A stretch of 63,966 nucleotides of DNA, filler included, from Folioceros fuciformis (lineage: Eukaryota): the NCBI GenBank assembly GCA_049999805.1. It is 23 parts of 23 records of this genome, joined end to end, with 100 filler letters (N's around TTAATTAATTAA, not from the genome) between each part and the next. Parts side by side here need not be neighbours in the genome. Positions count along the whole stretch, not along the records: positions 1 to 11,463 come from JBNGIO010006591.1; positions 11,564 to 12,996 come from JBNGIO010006594.1; 21 more parts are not named here. The stretch is one strand, 5' to 3'. Numbering within the stretch: position 1 is the first letter of the stretch; every line of letters starts with the position of its first letter. Positions 1-13,096 of this stretch are shown here, one piece after another. Under the pieces are notes generated by a model. The model was not told where the DNA came from, ran no database searches, and was given only the letters and a program-made list of their open reading frames with translations. A program made the position numbers and the translations under genes.

Positions 1-210
1 ACAACACTTAGGATAATGTAGATTATCCCATATTGAACTCGTAGTTATCTACCACCTAAGTGTTATCAGGATATACCAGGATATTGCACCCTCGAGACTA
101 AGGCTTACCTTATCGAGGGTTGCCTCGCCTGAAGGCTATATATATAGCATCCTATGCACCATAAGGAATGTACTATGGGGTCCATCTAAGCTAGTTGTTC
201 TATTTCAACA

Positions 211-223
211 TGGTATCAGAGCC
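211..223 (+). promoter_or_regulatory. Primer binding site (tRNA-iMet) of Copia element
   Basis: TGGTATCAGAGCC directly after the LTR-terminal CA. Confidence 0.92.
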
Positions 224-778
224 AGAGAGAGCATCGACGGCCATGGTGGCTATGGCGGGGGTTTGAGGCTATGGCCATGAGTGTAAAGGTGGCTGGCAAC
301 ACAAGCCATTGAGAGGCGTAGAAGACGCAGCAGCGTAGGTGGCGTAGGAAGCTGCAATAGGTGCCACAGGCTCAAGAGCGCGCAAGAGGCGCAAGAGGGA
401 GAGAGACTCAGGAGGAACAGCAACTACTGGAGGCAACCAGGCCGTGGAAGCCACAGTAGGCCCAGGATTTGCAAGGAGGAAGGCCTGAACTTGGCAAACA
501 GTGTTTTGTTTTTTAAAAGCTTGAGCAAAGGCTGTTTTTGCTTAGCGAAGGGTCAGCTGCACATTCAGGAATTGCTGAGATCTGATTGAGGCTTGTGGAG
601 TGCTGGAGCTCTACAGCAGTGCAGGGAGTTGCACTCAAGATTGTCAAAAACATCTATTGGAAGACGCATGAAAGTGTTTTGACAATCTATCCACAAGGGA
701 CTTGGTGGCACAGCAAGCAAGAGAAGGCAACTGACCTGAGGTGCAGGACAAGTGTTGGTGCGTAAAGGAGCCTGAATC

Positions 779-3700
779 ATGGCTAATGTGCAGGGATCAG
801 ACAATATCTCTCAGGATGTGGGAGAGAAGTTGGATAATAAGAATTTTGCTATGTGGAAGTTCAGGATGAAGAACTTCTTGGTAGGTAGAGGCTATTGAGA
901 CCTCTGCACATGTGATGAGAGTGAACCGGAGATGGATCGTACTCCATCACAGGAGCAAAAGATTGCTCACAAGCATTGGATTGAGAGAGCATGTAAACTG
1001 TTACACTGGCTCTCCTTAAGTATTTCAGATGCTATGGTCATATTGATCACGGGATGTGAGTCTCCGAAGGATGCGTGGGACATACTCATGAGGAACTATG
1101 GAAATGTCACACATGCTAGGAAAATCCAGTTGAAGCAATAGTTCAACAACTTATCACGAGGTAGCAGATCCATACTCGTGTATACAATAGAGGTGAAGAC
1201 CATAGCTGATCAGCTTGCTACAATCGGTGCAAGTGTGACGGAAGATTACATGGTTGCAATTACTCTGAACGGACTTGGCAAGGAATACAAGTCCTTTGAC
1301 ACATCAATCTCTATGAGAGGTGAGTCCCCAAGTTGGGATGAATTGGTTGCTTTGTTGCTGCATGAGGAAGTTAAGCTTGGTCTGAACACAGGTTTAGGTA
1401 TGTCTCAAGGGAGAGACACTGTTTCGTTTTCTAACCAGCGTGGGAGAGGCCACAAAGGTCGTGGTTCATTCCGAGGACGGGGTGCTGCTCGGAACACGCA
1501 AAATCAACAAGACAATTGGCCTGGAGGAAATGCGCAAGGCCAGAGAGGATCTGGAAGTTTTAGAGGCGCAGGTAGAGCCACAAGAGGAAGAGATGGTTCT
1601 TTTCAATCTCATGACCATTCCAATCGAGACAAGGAGTGTTACTACTATGGAAAGGTTGGTCATATTGCTAAGGACTGCTATAAGCAGCAAGCAGACATGA
1701 GAGGAAAAGGAAGGCAGCATGGGAACTATGCCTCTTCTAGTAATGCTGGAAATGACCAGGATAGGTTGTTTGCCATGCAACATCTCTCTGAACAGGATGG
1801 GCAGAATGATGAGAGATGGTACATTGATTCAGGAGCATCAAACCACATGACTCCACATGGCGAGTGGTTTAACAAGATGGATGCAGGTCCCCATGGTCAT
1901 GTGTGTACAGGAGATGACACACAACATGACATAAACCACAGAGGAATTGTTCCTCTTAGGATGCCGAATGGTCAGCAAAATAGTCTGCAAGATGTGTTGC
2001 ATGTTCCAACCATTACTAAGAACCTGTTGTCTATTGGACAGATGGCTGAACAAAATCTGCAGGTTTGATTCAATAAAGATGGATGCGTTATTGAAGAATA
2101 TGACAGAGGGCGCAAACTAATTGCTAAAGGTAGTAGGAATGGACGGATGTTCACTCTGGATGCATCCATTCCAGAGCTAAATGCAGTAATGTTTACAAAT
2201 GATGTAGGTGCCATACGTGATGTTGAAATATGGCATAAGAGGATTGGGCATGTGAACATAAAGAAGCTGAAATCTATGCAACAAAAAAGCGTGGTGGAAG
2301 GATTGCCCAAGTTCAAGCATGTTGATCCTGGTCATGTGTGTTCTGCATGTCAATTGGATAATAGTCAAGGTTTTCATTTGTGCGACACGTCCAGAACAGC
2401 TCAAGACCTTTGCGATTGATACACTCTGATGCATGGGGTCCTTCACAGAATGCATCGTTTGGAGGAGCCCACTACTGTGTCTCCTTCTTTGATGATTTCA
2501 GCAGGTACACGTGGCTGTACATACTGAAGCATAAGGATGAAGTGTTCGAGTCTTTCAAGGACTTCAAAAAGCATGCTGAAAATGAATTCAGCTGCTCCAT
2601 CTCTTGTCTAAGATCAGATGGAGGGGGAGAATGTCTCAAATGAGTTTGACAGGTATCTTGCAGATCATGGTATACGAAGACAGCTGACTTGCATATACAC
2701 ACCACAGCAGAATGATGTTGCAAACAGGAAGAACAGGGTAGTCATGGAAATAGCAAGGGCAGTTGAATGAGAAGTGCTTACCTAATGATTATTGGGCAGA
2801 AACATTGATGATAGCAGTGTATGTAATGAATCAAACTCCTACGACAGGAATTCATGATGCTACACAAATTGAGAAACTGTATGGCTATAAGCCGGATATT
2901 AGGCACTTGAAAGTGTTTGGGTGCATTACATATGTGCATGTACCTGATGAGAAGCGTAGGAAGCTTGATCCTAAAGTACTGAAGAGTGTTTTTATGGGGT
3001 ATGCACGAAATAGGAAGGTATATAAGTGTTATGTGCCATCCACACATGAGATCCTGATAAGCAGGGATGTGGTATTTGATGAGTTAGCCTCCTGGTATAG
3101 CAACTCAGTTGCACTACCCTTTGACGCACCCACAGGGGAGACTACTGTTAAGAGTACTCCAGCACAGAGTGAGAATGTGACCAATGGTGGATCACCAACG
3201 GTGAATCCATGGTCTGGAAGACTGCGGAATGGTAAACCTAAGACCACTGACCTGGACATGTTAGTGAGGGGGAGAGTAGAAAGCAGCAAAACTGGAAATG
3301 AGGGATATGAATCCTCAAGTAGTGAGAGCATTGACAGTGAGTTTGGCATTCCGTCTGTGGAAACGCCAGGTGCTTAAGAGCAATGATATGCAAGGCAGGT
3401 TCAAACTGAACCAAGACCAAGGAGATCTGAGAGGGTTAGGAAACCCATTGACAGGTACACCTATATGAGCTACAATGCGCAACATTATGCTTATAAGACA
3501 AGGGTCACAGCTTGTAAGGAGCCAACCAAGTTTGCTGAGGCAGTGACAGATGATAAGTGGTGTCAAGCCATGGATGAAGAATACTCAGCATTAGTTGAGA
3601 CGGAATGTGGGATTTGGTTCAATTGCCTGATGGCAAAGTTCCTATTGGTTCTAAGTGGGTGTACAAGCTGAAGTTCAAGTCAGATGGAACGCTGGAGCGT

Positions 3701-4760
3701 TACAAGGCCATGTTGGTTGCAAAGGGATATGCACAACAGTATAGTCTTGATTATGAGGAAACCTTTAGTCTAGTAGCCAAGATGACAACTGTAAGGACAG
3801 TCATAGCATTAGCAGTAGCTAAAGGATGGAAGTTATGGCAAATGGATGTCAAGAATGCTTTCTTGAATGGTGAGTTGCAGGAGGAAGTGTACGTGGAACA
3901 GCCTGAAGGCTATGTTCATCCTAAGTTTCCAACGTACGTATGCAAACTGAAGAAGGCATTGTATGGACTCAAACAGGCACCTAAAGCATGGAATGCTCGT
4001 ATCACAACCTATTTGAAGGAGCGAAGGTTTGTGATTGGAGACGTAGATCACAGTCTGTTTGTAAAATAGACCAAGGTAGGACAAGTGTGTCTTGTCGTTT
4101 ATGTTGACGACCTGATCATCATAGGAGATGATGCAGATGGTATTGCAGATGTGAAGGCGAATCTGCAAAAAGAGTTCAAGGTGAAGGATCTTGGTGAACT
4201 CATATACTTCTTAGGAATTGAGGTTGTGTCTACACCTCAAGGAATCTAGCTATTGCAAAAACAATATGCTAAGGATATGATGCAGAAGTATGGCATTGCA
4301 GATTGTAAAGCGATGGATACACCATTAGAGCAGAACGTCAAGCTACAAATGGATGTAGGAACTGAGCTGGAAAATGTGACCATGTATCGATAGATGGTTG
4401 GAAGTTTGATCTACTTGACTATCACACGTCCTGACTTAAGTTATGCAGTAGGACTGATTAGTCAATTTATGCAGAACCCAAGGAAACTGCACTTGGATGC
4501 AGTTAGAAGAGTCATGAGATATGTGAAAGGAACTACTGAGTTTGGATTGCTCTATGAGCATAGGAAGCATCTTGAACTAACAGGATATACACATGCTGAT
4601 TAGGCTGGTTGTGCGTATGATAGAAGATCAACCAATGGATATGCATTCAGTCGGGGAAGTAGTATGATCAGCTGGCAAAGCAAGAAACAACCGACAATTG
4701 CTTTGTCAAGCACAAAAGCATAGTATCGAGGAGCTGCAATGGCAGCCTATGAAGCATTGT
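779..4760 (+). pseudogene. Copia gag-pol pseudogene
   Basis: Starts MANV...KLDNKNFAMWKFRM. Degenerate zinc knuckle CYYYGKVGHIAKDC, protease WYIDSGAS, WHKRIGH..CSAC, LRSDGGGE, KLDPK, RT WQMDVKNAFL/LYGLKQAP/YVDD, TRPDLSYAVG. Stops at 896, 1139, 2066, 4067, 4247, 4391 and 4601, plus frameshifts. Confidence 0.93.
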
Positions 4761-5699
4761 GGAGGCAAAACCCCGGGCATTGATTGCCAATGGGTTCCAC
4801 CTTTAGTGGCCACACTTATCCCACTGTCGTTGAAACATTCAGCTTCGTTCCCACGAAGGAGCAATGGGGTTCCTTGCTGCTGTGGATGGAGAGTCGGACT
4901 TGATCGACTCGATGATGGATTCGAGGGCTCCCCTCCAGCTCCGATCAGGCGTAGGACAGGCCGCGCTGTCCGGCGGTCAGCTGCACCTCTCTCGGTGCCC
5001 ACAAAGGCATGTCAGGTTGTCTCAAGCTCCGTGTCCTTACAGACTCTTGACTGTCTGCCCACAAAGCTCCCGTGAGATTTCCTGTCAATTCCTTCCCTGC
5101 TGCCAAGCAAGGGCTAGCACACTTTCTTGCAGCTGCTGAGGCTATTGCAGCTATTGCCTCCACTTGTCAGCCCTTCCACAGAGCTCTGGGGATCAACAGC
5201 TAGTCCAGTAAGCTGACAGGGCCTTGTCGCCCTTCTCCTCACTTCCTGCACACACCGATATGAGAGTTAGCTGCCGGGACGCTTGCTGCCGATCTCCCTC
5301 CAAGCTGCTCCAACTTCTCGTAGCTGCTCTAGCTTCTGGTGTGCACTCTTGCTGCCTCTTGCAGCACCTCCTACGCCGATCTTGCACCGCCTGCACTGGG
5401 CTCTGATACCATGTCAATAGGATCGACTCCAGTCTACGTGCAAGTGTAGGAGAGGAGAGAAGAGAGGGTGGTATTGGTGATCACAACCATGAAAACAATA
5501 CACATCACCACTGTCTTACTATGGAGGTCCGAGGTCTCCATTCAAGTAGTACATTTAGGGCTACACAACTTCCAGGTTCAATATGGGATAATCTACACTA
5601 TCCTAAGTTCACTAATAACTAGAACTAGTCTAGTATGAACCCAACTGGGATAACTAACACCACATGAGTTTAGCTCATATAGAGCTCGATAACTCAACA
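4761..5699 (-). mobile_element. Inverted LTR element fragment (LTR + PBS + non-coding leader), related LTR family
   Basis: GGCTCTGATACCA at 5399-5411 is a PBS on the minus strand, preceded (on minus) by LTR-terminal CA at 5412-5413. The reverse complement of 5576-5608 matches 6-38 at 32/33 nt. Confidence 0.8.
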
Positions 5700-5953
5700 N
5701 NNNNNNNNNNNNNNNNNNNNNNNNNNNNNNNNNNNNNNNNNNNNNNNNNNNNNNNNNNNNNNNNNNNNNNNNNNNNNNNNNNNNNNNNNNNNNNNNNNNA
5801 TATAGAGCTCGATAACTCAACAAAGGAGACTTTGGGTATAAATACCCAAGTCTTATTCACACGCTAAGCTGGTACACTCGCATTCTAACAAAAAAAAAAT
5901 CACAACCTGTGCATTCTGTGCTTCAAAATGGGAGTCCCGAAAGTGTTTTTCTT

Positions 5954-6170
5954 CTACATACTCTCCTTTTCATTTGTTGGCGTCCTCGCCAACCTACACA
6001 TAATATTCACTCCCCAACCGTTGACTCTGGTTGGTTGTGACTGTCCGTCCATCTGTTGCAGCTGAATGGAGCCATTGTCAAAAAATTTAACTACCTTATA
6101 TGGTCCCATCCACCTCAGATGCAACTTGTTAGAAATCAAGCTCTAACTGAATTGTTATTAAGAGCATACA
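5954..6170 (-). pseudogene. Ty3/Gypsy integrase C-terminal (GPY/F) fragment
   Basis: KLHLRWMGPYKVVKFFDNGSIQL...RVNG resembles the KL..RW.GPY...VNG tail of Athila/Tat-type integrases. Confidence 0.7.
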
Positions 6171-6270
6171 NNNNNNNNNNNNNNNNNNNNNNNNNNNNNN
6201 NNNNNNNNNNNNNNNNNNNNNNNNNNNNNNNNNNNNNNNNNNNNNNNNNNNNNNNNNNNNNNNNNNNNNN

Positions 6271-9200
6271 ACAACACTTAGGATAATGTAGATTATCCCA
6301 TATTGAACTCGTAGTTATCTACCACCTAAGTGTTATCAGGATATACCAGGATATTGCACCCTCGAGACTAAGGCTTACCTTATCGAGGGTTGCCTCGCCT
6401 GAAGGCTATATATATAGCATCCTATGCACCATAAGGAATGTACTATGGGGTCCATCTAAGCTAGTTGTTCTATTTCAACATGGTATCAGAGCCAGAGAGA
6501 GCATCGACGGCCATGGTGGCTATGGCGGGGGTTTGAGGCTATGGCCATGAGTGTAAAGGTGGCTGGCAACACAAGCCATTGAGAGGCGTAGAAGACGCAG
6601 CAGCGTAGGTGGCGTAGGAAGCTGCAATAGGTGCCACAGGCTCAAGAGCGCGCAAGAGGCGCAAGAGGGAGAGAGACTCAGGAGGAACAGCAACTACTGG
6701 AGGCAACCAGGCCGTGGAAGCCACAGTAGGCCCAGGATTTGCAAGGAGGAAGGCCTGAACTTGGCAAACAGTGTTTTGTTTTTTAAAAGCTTGAGCAAAG
6801 GCTGTTTTTGCTTAGCGAAGGGTCAGCTGCACATTCAGGAATTGCTGAGATCTGATTGAGGCTTGTGGAGTGCTGGAGCTCTACAGCAGTGCAGGGAGTT
6901 GCACTCAAGATTGTCAAAAACATCTATTGGAAGACGCATGAAAGTGTTTTGACAATCTATCCACAAGGGACTTGGTGGCACAGCAAGCAAGAGAAGGCAA
7001 CTGACCTGAGGTGCAGGACAAGTGTTGGTGCGTAAAGGAGCCTGAATCATGGCTAATGTGCAGGGATCAGACAATATCTCTCAGGATGTGGGAGAGAAGT
7101 TGGATAATAAGAATTTTGCTATGTGGAAGTTCAGGATGAAGAACTTCTTGGTAGGTAGAGGCTATTGAGACCTCTGCACATGTGATGAGAGTGAACCGGA
7201 GATGGATCGTACTCCATCACAGGAGCAAAAGATTGCTCACAAGCATTGGATTGAGAGAGCATGTAAACTGTTACACTGGCTCTCCTTAAGTATTTCAGAT
7301 GCTATGGTCATATTGATCACGGGATGTGAGTCTCCGAAGGATGCGTGGGACATACTCATGAGGAACTATGGAAATGTCACACATGCTAGGAAAATCCAGT
7401 TGAAGCAATAGTTCAACAACTTATCACGAGGTAGCAGATCCATACTCGTGTATACAATAGAGGTGAAGACCATAGCTGATCAGCTTGCTACAATCGGTGC
7501 AAGTGTGACGGAAGATTACATGGTTGCAATTACTCTGAACGGACTTGGCAAGGAATACAAGTCCTTTGACACATCAATCTCTATGAGAGGTGAGTCCCCA
7601 AGTTGGGATGAATTGGTTGCTTTGTTGCTGCATGAGGAAGTTAAGCTTGGTCTGAACACAGGTTTAGGTATGTCTCAAGGGAGAGACACTGTTTCGTTTT
7701 CTAACCAGCGTGGGAGAGGCCACAAAGGTCGTGGTTCATTCCGAGGACGGGGTGCTGCTCGGAACACGCAAAATCAACAAGACAATTGGCCTGGAGGAAA
7801 TGCGCAAGGCCAGAGAGGATCTGGAAGTTTTAGAGGCGCAGGTAGAGCCACAAGAGGAAGAGATGGTTCTTTTCAATCTCATGACCATTCCAATCGAGAC
7901 AAGGAGTGTTACTACTATGGAAAGGTTGGTCATATTGCTAAGGACTGCTATAAGCAGCAAGCAGACATGAGAGGAAAAGGAAGGCAGCATGGGAACTATG
8001 CCTCTTCTAGTAATGCTGGAAATGACCAGGATAGGTTGTTTGCCATGCAACATCTCTCTGAACAGGATGGGCAGAATGATGAGAGATGGTACATTGATTC
8101 AGGAGCATCAAACCACATGACTCCACATGGCGAGTGGTTTAACAAGATGGATGCAGGTCCCCATGGTCATGTGTGTACAGGAGATGACACACAACATGAC
8201 ATAAACCACAGAGGAATTGTTCCTCTTAGGATGCCGAATGGTCAGCAAAATAGTCTGCAAGATGTGTTGCATGTTCCAACCATTACTAAGAACCTGTTGT
8301 CTATTGGACAGATGGCTGAACAAAATCTGCAGGTTTGATTCAATAAAGATGGATGCGTTATTGAAGAATATGACAGAGGGCGCAAACTAATTGCTAAAGG
8401 TAGTAGGAATGGACGGATGTTCACTCTGGATGCATCCATTCCAGAGCTAAATGCAGTAATGTTTACAAATGATGTAGGTGCCATACGTGATGTTGAAATA
8501 TGGCATAAGAGGATTGGGCATGTGAACATAAAGAAGCTGAAATCTATGCAACAAAAAAGCGTGGTGGAAGGATTGCCCAAGTTCAAGCATGTTGATCCTG
8601 GTCATGTGTGTTCTGCATGTCAATTGGATAATAGTCAAGGTTTTCATTTGTGCGACACGTCCAGAACAGCTCAAGACCTTTGCGATTGATACACTCTGAT
8701 GCATGGGGTCCTTCACAGAATGCATCGTTTGGAGGAGCCCACTACTGTGTCTCCTTCTTTGATGATTTCAGCAGGTACACGTGGCTGTACATACTGAAGC
8801 ATAAGGATGAAGTGTTCGAGTCTTTCAAGGACTTCAAAAAGCATGCTGAAAATGAATTCAGCTGCTCCATCTCTTGTCTAAGATCAGATGGAGGGGGAGA
8901 ATGTCTCAAATGAGTTTGACAGGTATCTTGCAGATCATGGTATACGAAGACAGCTGACTTGCATATACACACCACAGCAGAATGATGTTGCAAACAGGAA
9001 GAACAGGGTAGTCATGGAAATAGCAAGGGCAGTTGAATGAGAAGTGCTTACCTAATGATTATTGGGCAGAAACATTGATGATAGCAGTGTATGTAATGAA
9101 TCAAACTCCTACGACAGGAATTCATGATGCTACACAAATTGAGAAACTGTATGGCTATAAGCCGGATATTAGGCACTTGAAAGTGTTTGGGTGCATTACA

Positions 9201-11463
9201 TATGTGCATGTACCTGATGAGAAGCGTAGGAAGCTTGATCCTAAAGTACTGAAGAGTGTTTTTATGGGGTATGCACGAAATAGGAAGGTATATAAGTGTT
9301 ATGTGCCATCCACACATGAGATCCTGATAAGCAGGGATGTGGTATTTGATGAGTTAGCCTCCTGGTATAGCAACTCAGTTGCACTACCCTTTGACGCACC
9401 CACAGGGGAGACTACTGTTAAGAGTACTCCAGCACAGAGTGAGAATGTGACCAATGGTGGATCACCAACGGTGAATCCATGGTCTGGAAGACTGCGGAAT
9501 GGTAAACCTAAGACCACTGACCTGGACATGTTAGTGAGGGGGAGAGTAGAAAGCAGCAAAACTGGAAATGAGGGATATGAATCCTCAAGTAGTGAGAGCA
9601 TTGACAGTGAGTTTGGCATTCCGTCTGTGGAAACGCCAGGTGCTTAAGAGCAATGATATGCAAGGCAGGTTCAAACTGAACCAAGACCAAGGAGATCTGA
9701 GAGGGTTAGGAAACCCATTGACAGGTACACCTATATGAGCTACAATGCGCAACATTATGCTTATAAGACAAGGGTCACAGCTTGTAAGGAGCCAACCAAG
9801 TTTGCTGAGGCAGTGACAGATGATAAGTGGTGTCAAGCCATGGATGAAGAATACTCAGCATTAGTTGAGACGGAATGTGGGATTTGGTTCAATTGCCTGA
9901 TGGCAAAGTTCCTATTGGTTCTAAGTGGGTGTACAAGCTGAAGTTCAAGTCAGATGGAACGCTGGAGCGTTACAAGGCCATGTTGGTTGCAAAGGGATAT
10001 GCACAACAGTATAGTCTTGATTATGAGGAAACCTTTAGTCTAGTAGCCAAGATGACAACTGTAAGGACAGTCATAGCATTAGCAGTAGCTAAAGGATGGA
10101 AGTTATGGCAAATGGATGTCAAGAATGCTTTCTTGAATGGTGAGTTGCAGGAGGAAGTGTACGTGGAACAGCCTGAAGGCTATGTTCATCCTAAGTTTCC
10201 AACGTACGTATGCAAACTGAAGAAGGCATTGTATGGACTCAAACAGGCACCTAAAGCATGGAATGCTCGTATCACAACCTATTTGAAGGAGCGAAGGTTT
10301 GTGATTGGAGACGTAGATCACAGTCTGTTTGTAAAATAGACCAAGGTAGGACAAGTGTGTCTTGTCGTTTATGTTGACGACCTGATCATCATAGGAGATG
10401 ATGCAGATGGTATTGCAGATGTGAAGGCGAATCTGCAAAAAGAGTTCAAGGTGAAGGATCTTGGTGAACTCATATACTTCTTAGGAATTGAGGTTGTGTC
10501 TACACCTCAAGGAATCTAGCTATTGCAAAAACAATATGCTAAGGATATGATGCAGAAGTATGGCATTGCAGATTGTAAAGCGATGGATACACCATTAGAG
10601 CAGAACGTCAAGCTACAAATGGATGTAGGAACTGAGCTGGAAAATGTGACCATGTATCGATAGATGGTTGGAAGTTTGATCTACTTGACTATCACACGTC
10701 CTGACTTAAGTTATGCAGTAGGACTGATTAGTCAATTTATGCAGAACCCAAGGAAACTGCACTTGGATGCAGTTAGAAGAGTCATGAGATATGTGAAAGG
10801 AACTACTGAGTTTGGATTGCTCTATGAGCATAGGAAGCATCTTGAACTAACAGGATATACACATGCTGATTAGGCTGGTTGTGCGTATGATAGAAGATCA
10901 ACCAATGGATATGCATTCAGTCGGGGAAGTAGTATGATCAGCTGGCAAAGCAAGAAACAACCGACAATTGCTTTGTCAAGCACAAAAGCATAGTATCGAG
11001 GAGCTGCAATGGCAGCCTATGAAGCATTGTGGAGGCAAAACCCCGGGCATTGATTGCCAATGGGTTCCACCTTTAGTGGCCACACTTATCCCACTGTCGT
11101 TGAAACATTCAGCTTCGTTCCCACGAAGGAGCAATGGGGTTCCTTGCTGCTGTGGATGGAGAGTCGGACTTGATCGACTCGATGATGGATTCGAGGGCTC
11201 CCCTCCAGCTCCGATCAGGCGTAGGACAGGCCGCGCTGTCCGGCGGTCAGCTGCACCTCTCTCGGTGCCCACAAAGGCATGTCAGGTTGTCTCAAGCTCC
11301 GTGTCCTTACAGACTCTTGACTGTCTGCCCACAAAGCTCCCGTGAGATTTCCTGTCAATTCCTTCCCTGCTGCCAAGCAAGGGCTAGCACACTTTCTTGC
11401 AGCTGCTGAGGCTATTGCAGCTATTGCCTCCACTTGTCAGCCCTTCCACAGAGCTCTGGGGAT
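6271..11463 (+). repeat. Apparently exact duplicate of 1-5193 (offset 6270)
   Basis: Identical ORF track, identical stops and frameshifts; the copy starts immediately after an N gap. Confidence 0.95.
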
Positions 11464-11563
11464 NNNNNNNNNNNNNNNNNNNNNNNNNNNNNNNNNNNNN
11501 NNNNNNNTTAATTAATTAANNNNNNNNNNNNNNNNNNNNNNNNNNNNNNNNNNNNNNNNNNNN
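11464..11563. other. Artificial scaffold linker N44-TTAATTAATTAA-N44 (first of 22)
   Basis: The same six-frame-stop spacer occurs at 11508, 13041, 16274, 17491, 18736, 20394, 22055, 24391, 26101, 27634, 28754, 33912, 37088, 39425, 41465, 47142, 53539, 55471, 56873, 58998, 60385 and 62633. Confidence 0.98.
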
Positions 11564-11889
11564 GCAATTCCAACGGTTCATCACAGTCATTTCCTAGTGT
11601 TCCCAAGCACCCGACGTCACCGTGAGTGTAGATTTATTTCGGCAGGGCGCTTCTCGCAATGCACATGGAACAAGACTGCTGCTTCGCACCCGCAGCCAAG
11701 GAAGGAGAGGATCATCTTTAGGTGACAATCACCATCGGTGGCTGAAAGATAGGAACAAACAGAGGGATTTGCTAGTAGATAGACAGTTTGAGTCTGCTTG
11801 CAAGGGTTGCGTGATACGGACGATAATATGCCTCGTCTCTGAGATCTGACTCATCTTCTGATGGCAGGACCATCACATGTGCCTTTCAG

Positions 11890-12996
11890 TCAGTATCCGT
11901 CATCAAGCAACCACTTCAAGTGCTGCTCGAACTCCTCCAGAGTGAAAAGACCTTGTTTGGCGGTTCCACAAGGGGGCAACGAACTTCCCGCTTGCCAGAC
12001 TGAGAGTGCTTCTTCCTTCCCCTTGTATAGAACTCTCACATACAGCTGGTCTCCACTGGGAGGCTTGAGCAGCTCCACCACGATGAAGGATGCGTAAAAT
12101 GGCCAAGTCTTCCATGGCGAGCCGAGGCATGCTGCAGGAGGGTCATTGAATGGTAGCAGTGTCAGTGTCCCAAGCCATTCCAAGTATGGCATCCTGGATA
12201 GAAGACAAGGGGAAAGAATTCACCCGAGAGTGCGAGAATCGTTGCATCATGGCCCGAGTAGAGAAACAAGGAAGGGGTGATGGCCGTCTGGTCACGGACC
12301 TTACCCATCGTGGCAGTGATCCCTCCAAGGAGCTCCCCCATGCACAACTGACAGATTTCTTGGTTCTGCTGGATGTCGCAACGAGGAGTGGAATCAAAGG
12401 CAGTGAAAATCAGGAGCAACGAGTGCACTGCGAGGGTAAGCTAGGGTGAGTTTACGTCAGCATGGGCCAGTGGGACGCACCTTAAACGTGGCCACGTAGT
12501 TCCTTGCGACTCGTTGCGCAATTTCCTCTGTTTCCGAGAAGATCACTCCCGCAGACAGTGCATCTCCATGGCATCGCCAACAGTTGATCACATCCATTTC
12601 CTACTCTTGCCCAACACCCGACATAAATACGAGAACTTCAAATTTCAGCACTGCTCCCCTCACAATGCATATGGTACAAGGCTGCTGCTTCCTACCAGCA
12701 GCCAAGGAAAGAAAGGATTATCTTTAGGTAGCCCAAAGTGGAGTTGCAAAGCCTTTTCCAATCCCTGATGGAAGAAACCAAGGGCACAAATGATGAGCGA
12801 GATGTCACGAGATGGAAGTAAGCAATCTGTCCGGTCACGTCAAGCAAACAGCCTGCTTCATGTCTCCGGCTACAGAAACTACCTGATATTCTGTCTGCAA
12901 ACCGAGATTCCCATCCGGCTGCAAACTCAACTCCCTCCACTTGCTTCTCCACAACTTCCGTAGTCTGCATCATTGAGACACCACCCAGCATGATAG
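11890..12996 (-). CDS. Histidine acid phosphatase (branch 2, ACP6/lysosomal-like), 3' exons
   Basis: LFLYSGHDATILAL (catalytic HD), a GT-AG intron of about 90 nt, then WPFYASFIVVELL...LYVRVLYKG...C; stop at 11890. Confidence 0.85.
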
Positions 12997-13096
12997 NNNN
13001 NNNNNNNNNNNNNNNNNNNNNNNNNNNNNNNNNNNNNNNNTTAATTAATTAANNNNNNNNNNNNNNNNNNNNNNNNNNNNNNNNNNNNNNNNNNNN

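Larger units (their letters stand above)
1..4760 (+). mobile_element. Ty1/Copia LTR retrotransposon, decayed, truncated in RNase H
   Basis: Partial LTR ends ...TTTCAACA at 210, followed by a PBS and then gag-protease-integrase-RT-RNase H in Copia order. No PPT or 3' LTR is seen; the element breaks at about 4760. Confidence 0.95.

Noticed and set aside
211-223. tRNA gene
   Set aside because: Only the PBS complement of the tRNA 3' end is present; no tRNA or rRNA genes were recognised in the window
11508-11519. Recurrent TTAATTAATTAA as a biological motif
   Set aside because: Always centred in 88 Ns; it is a six-frame-stop assembly linker
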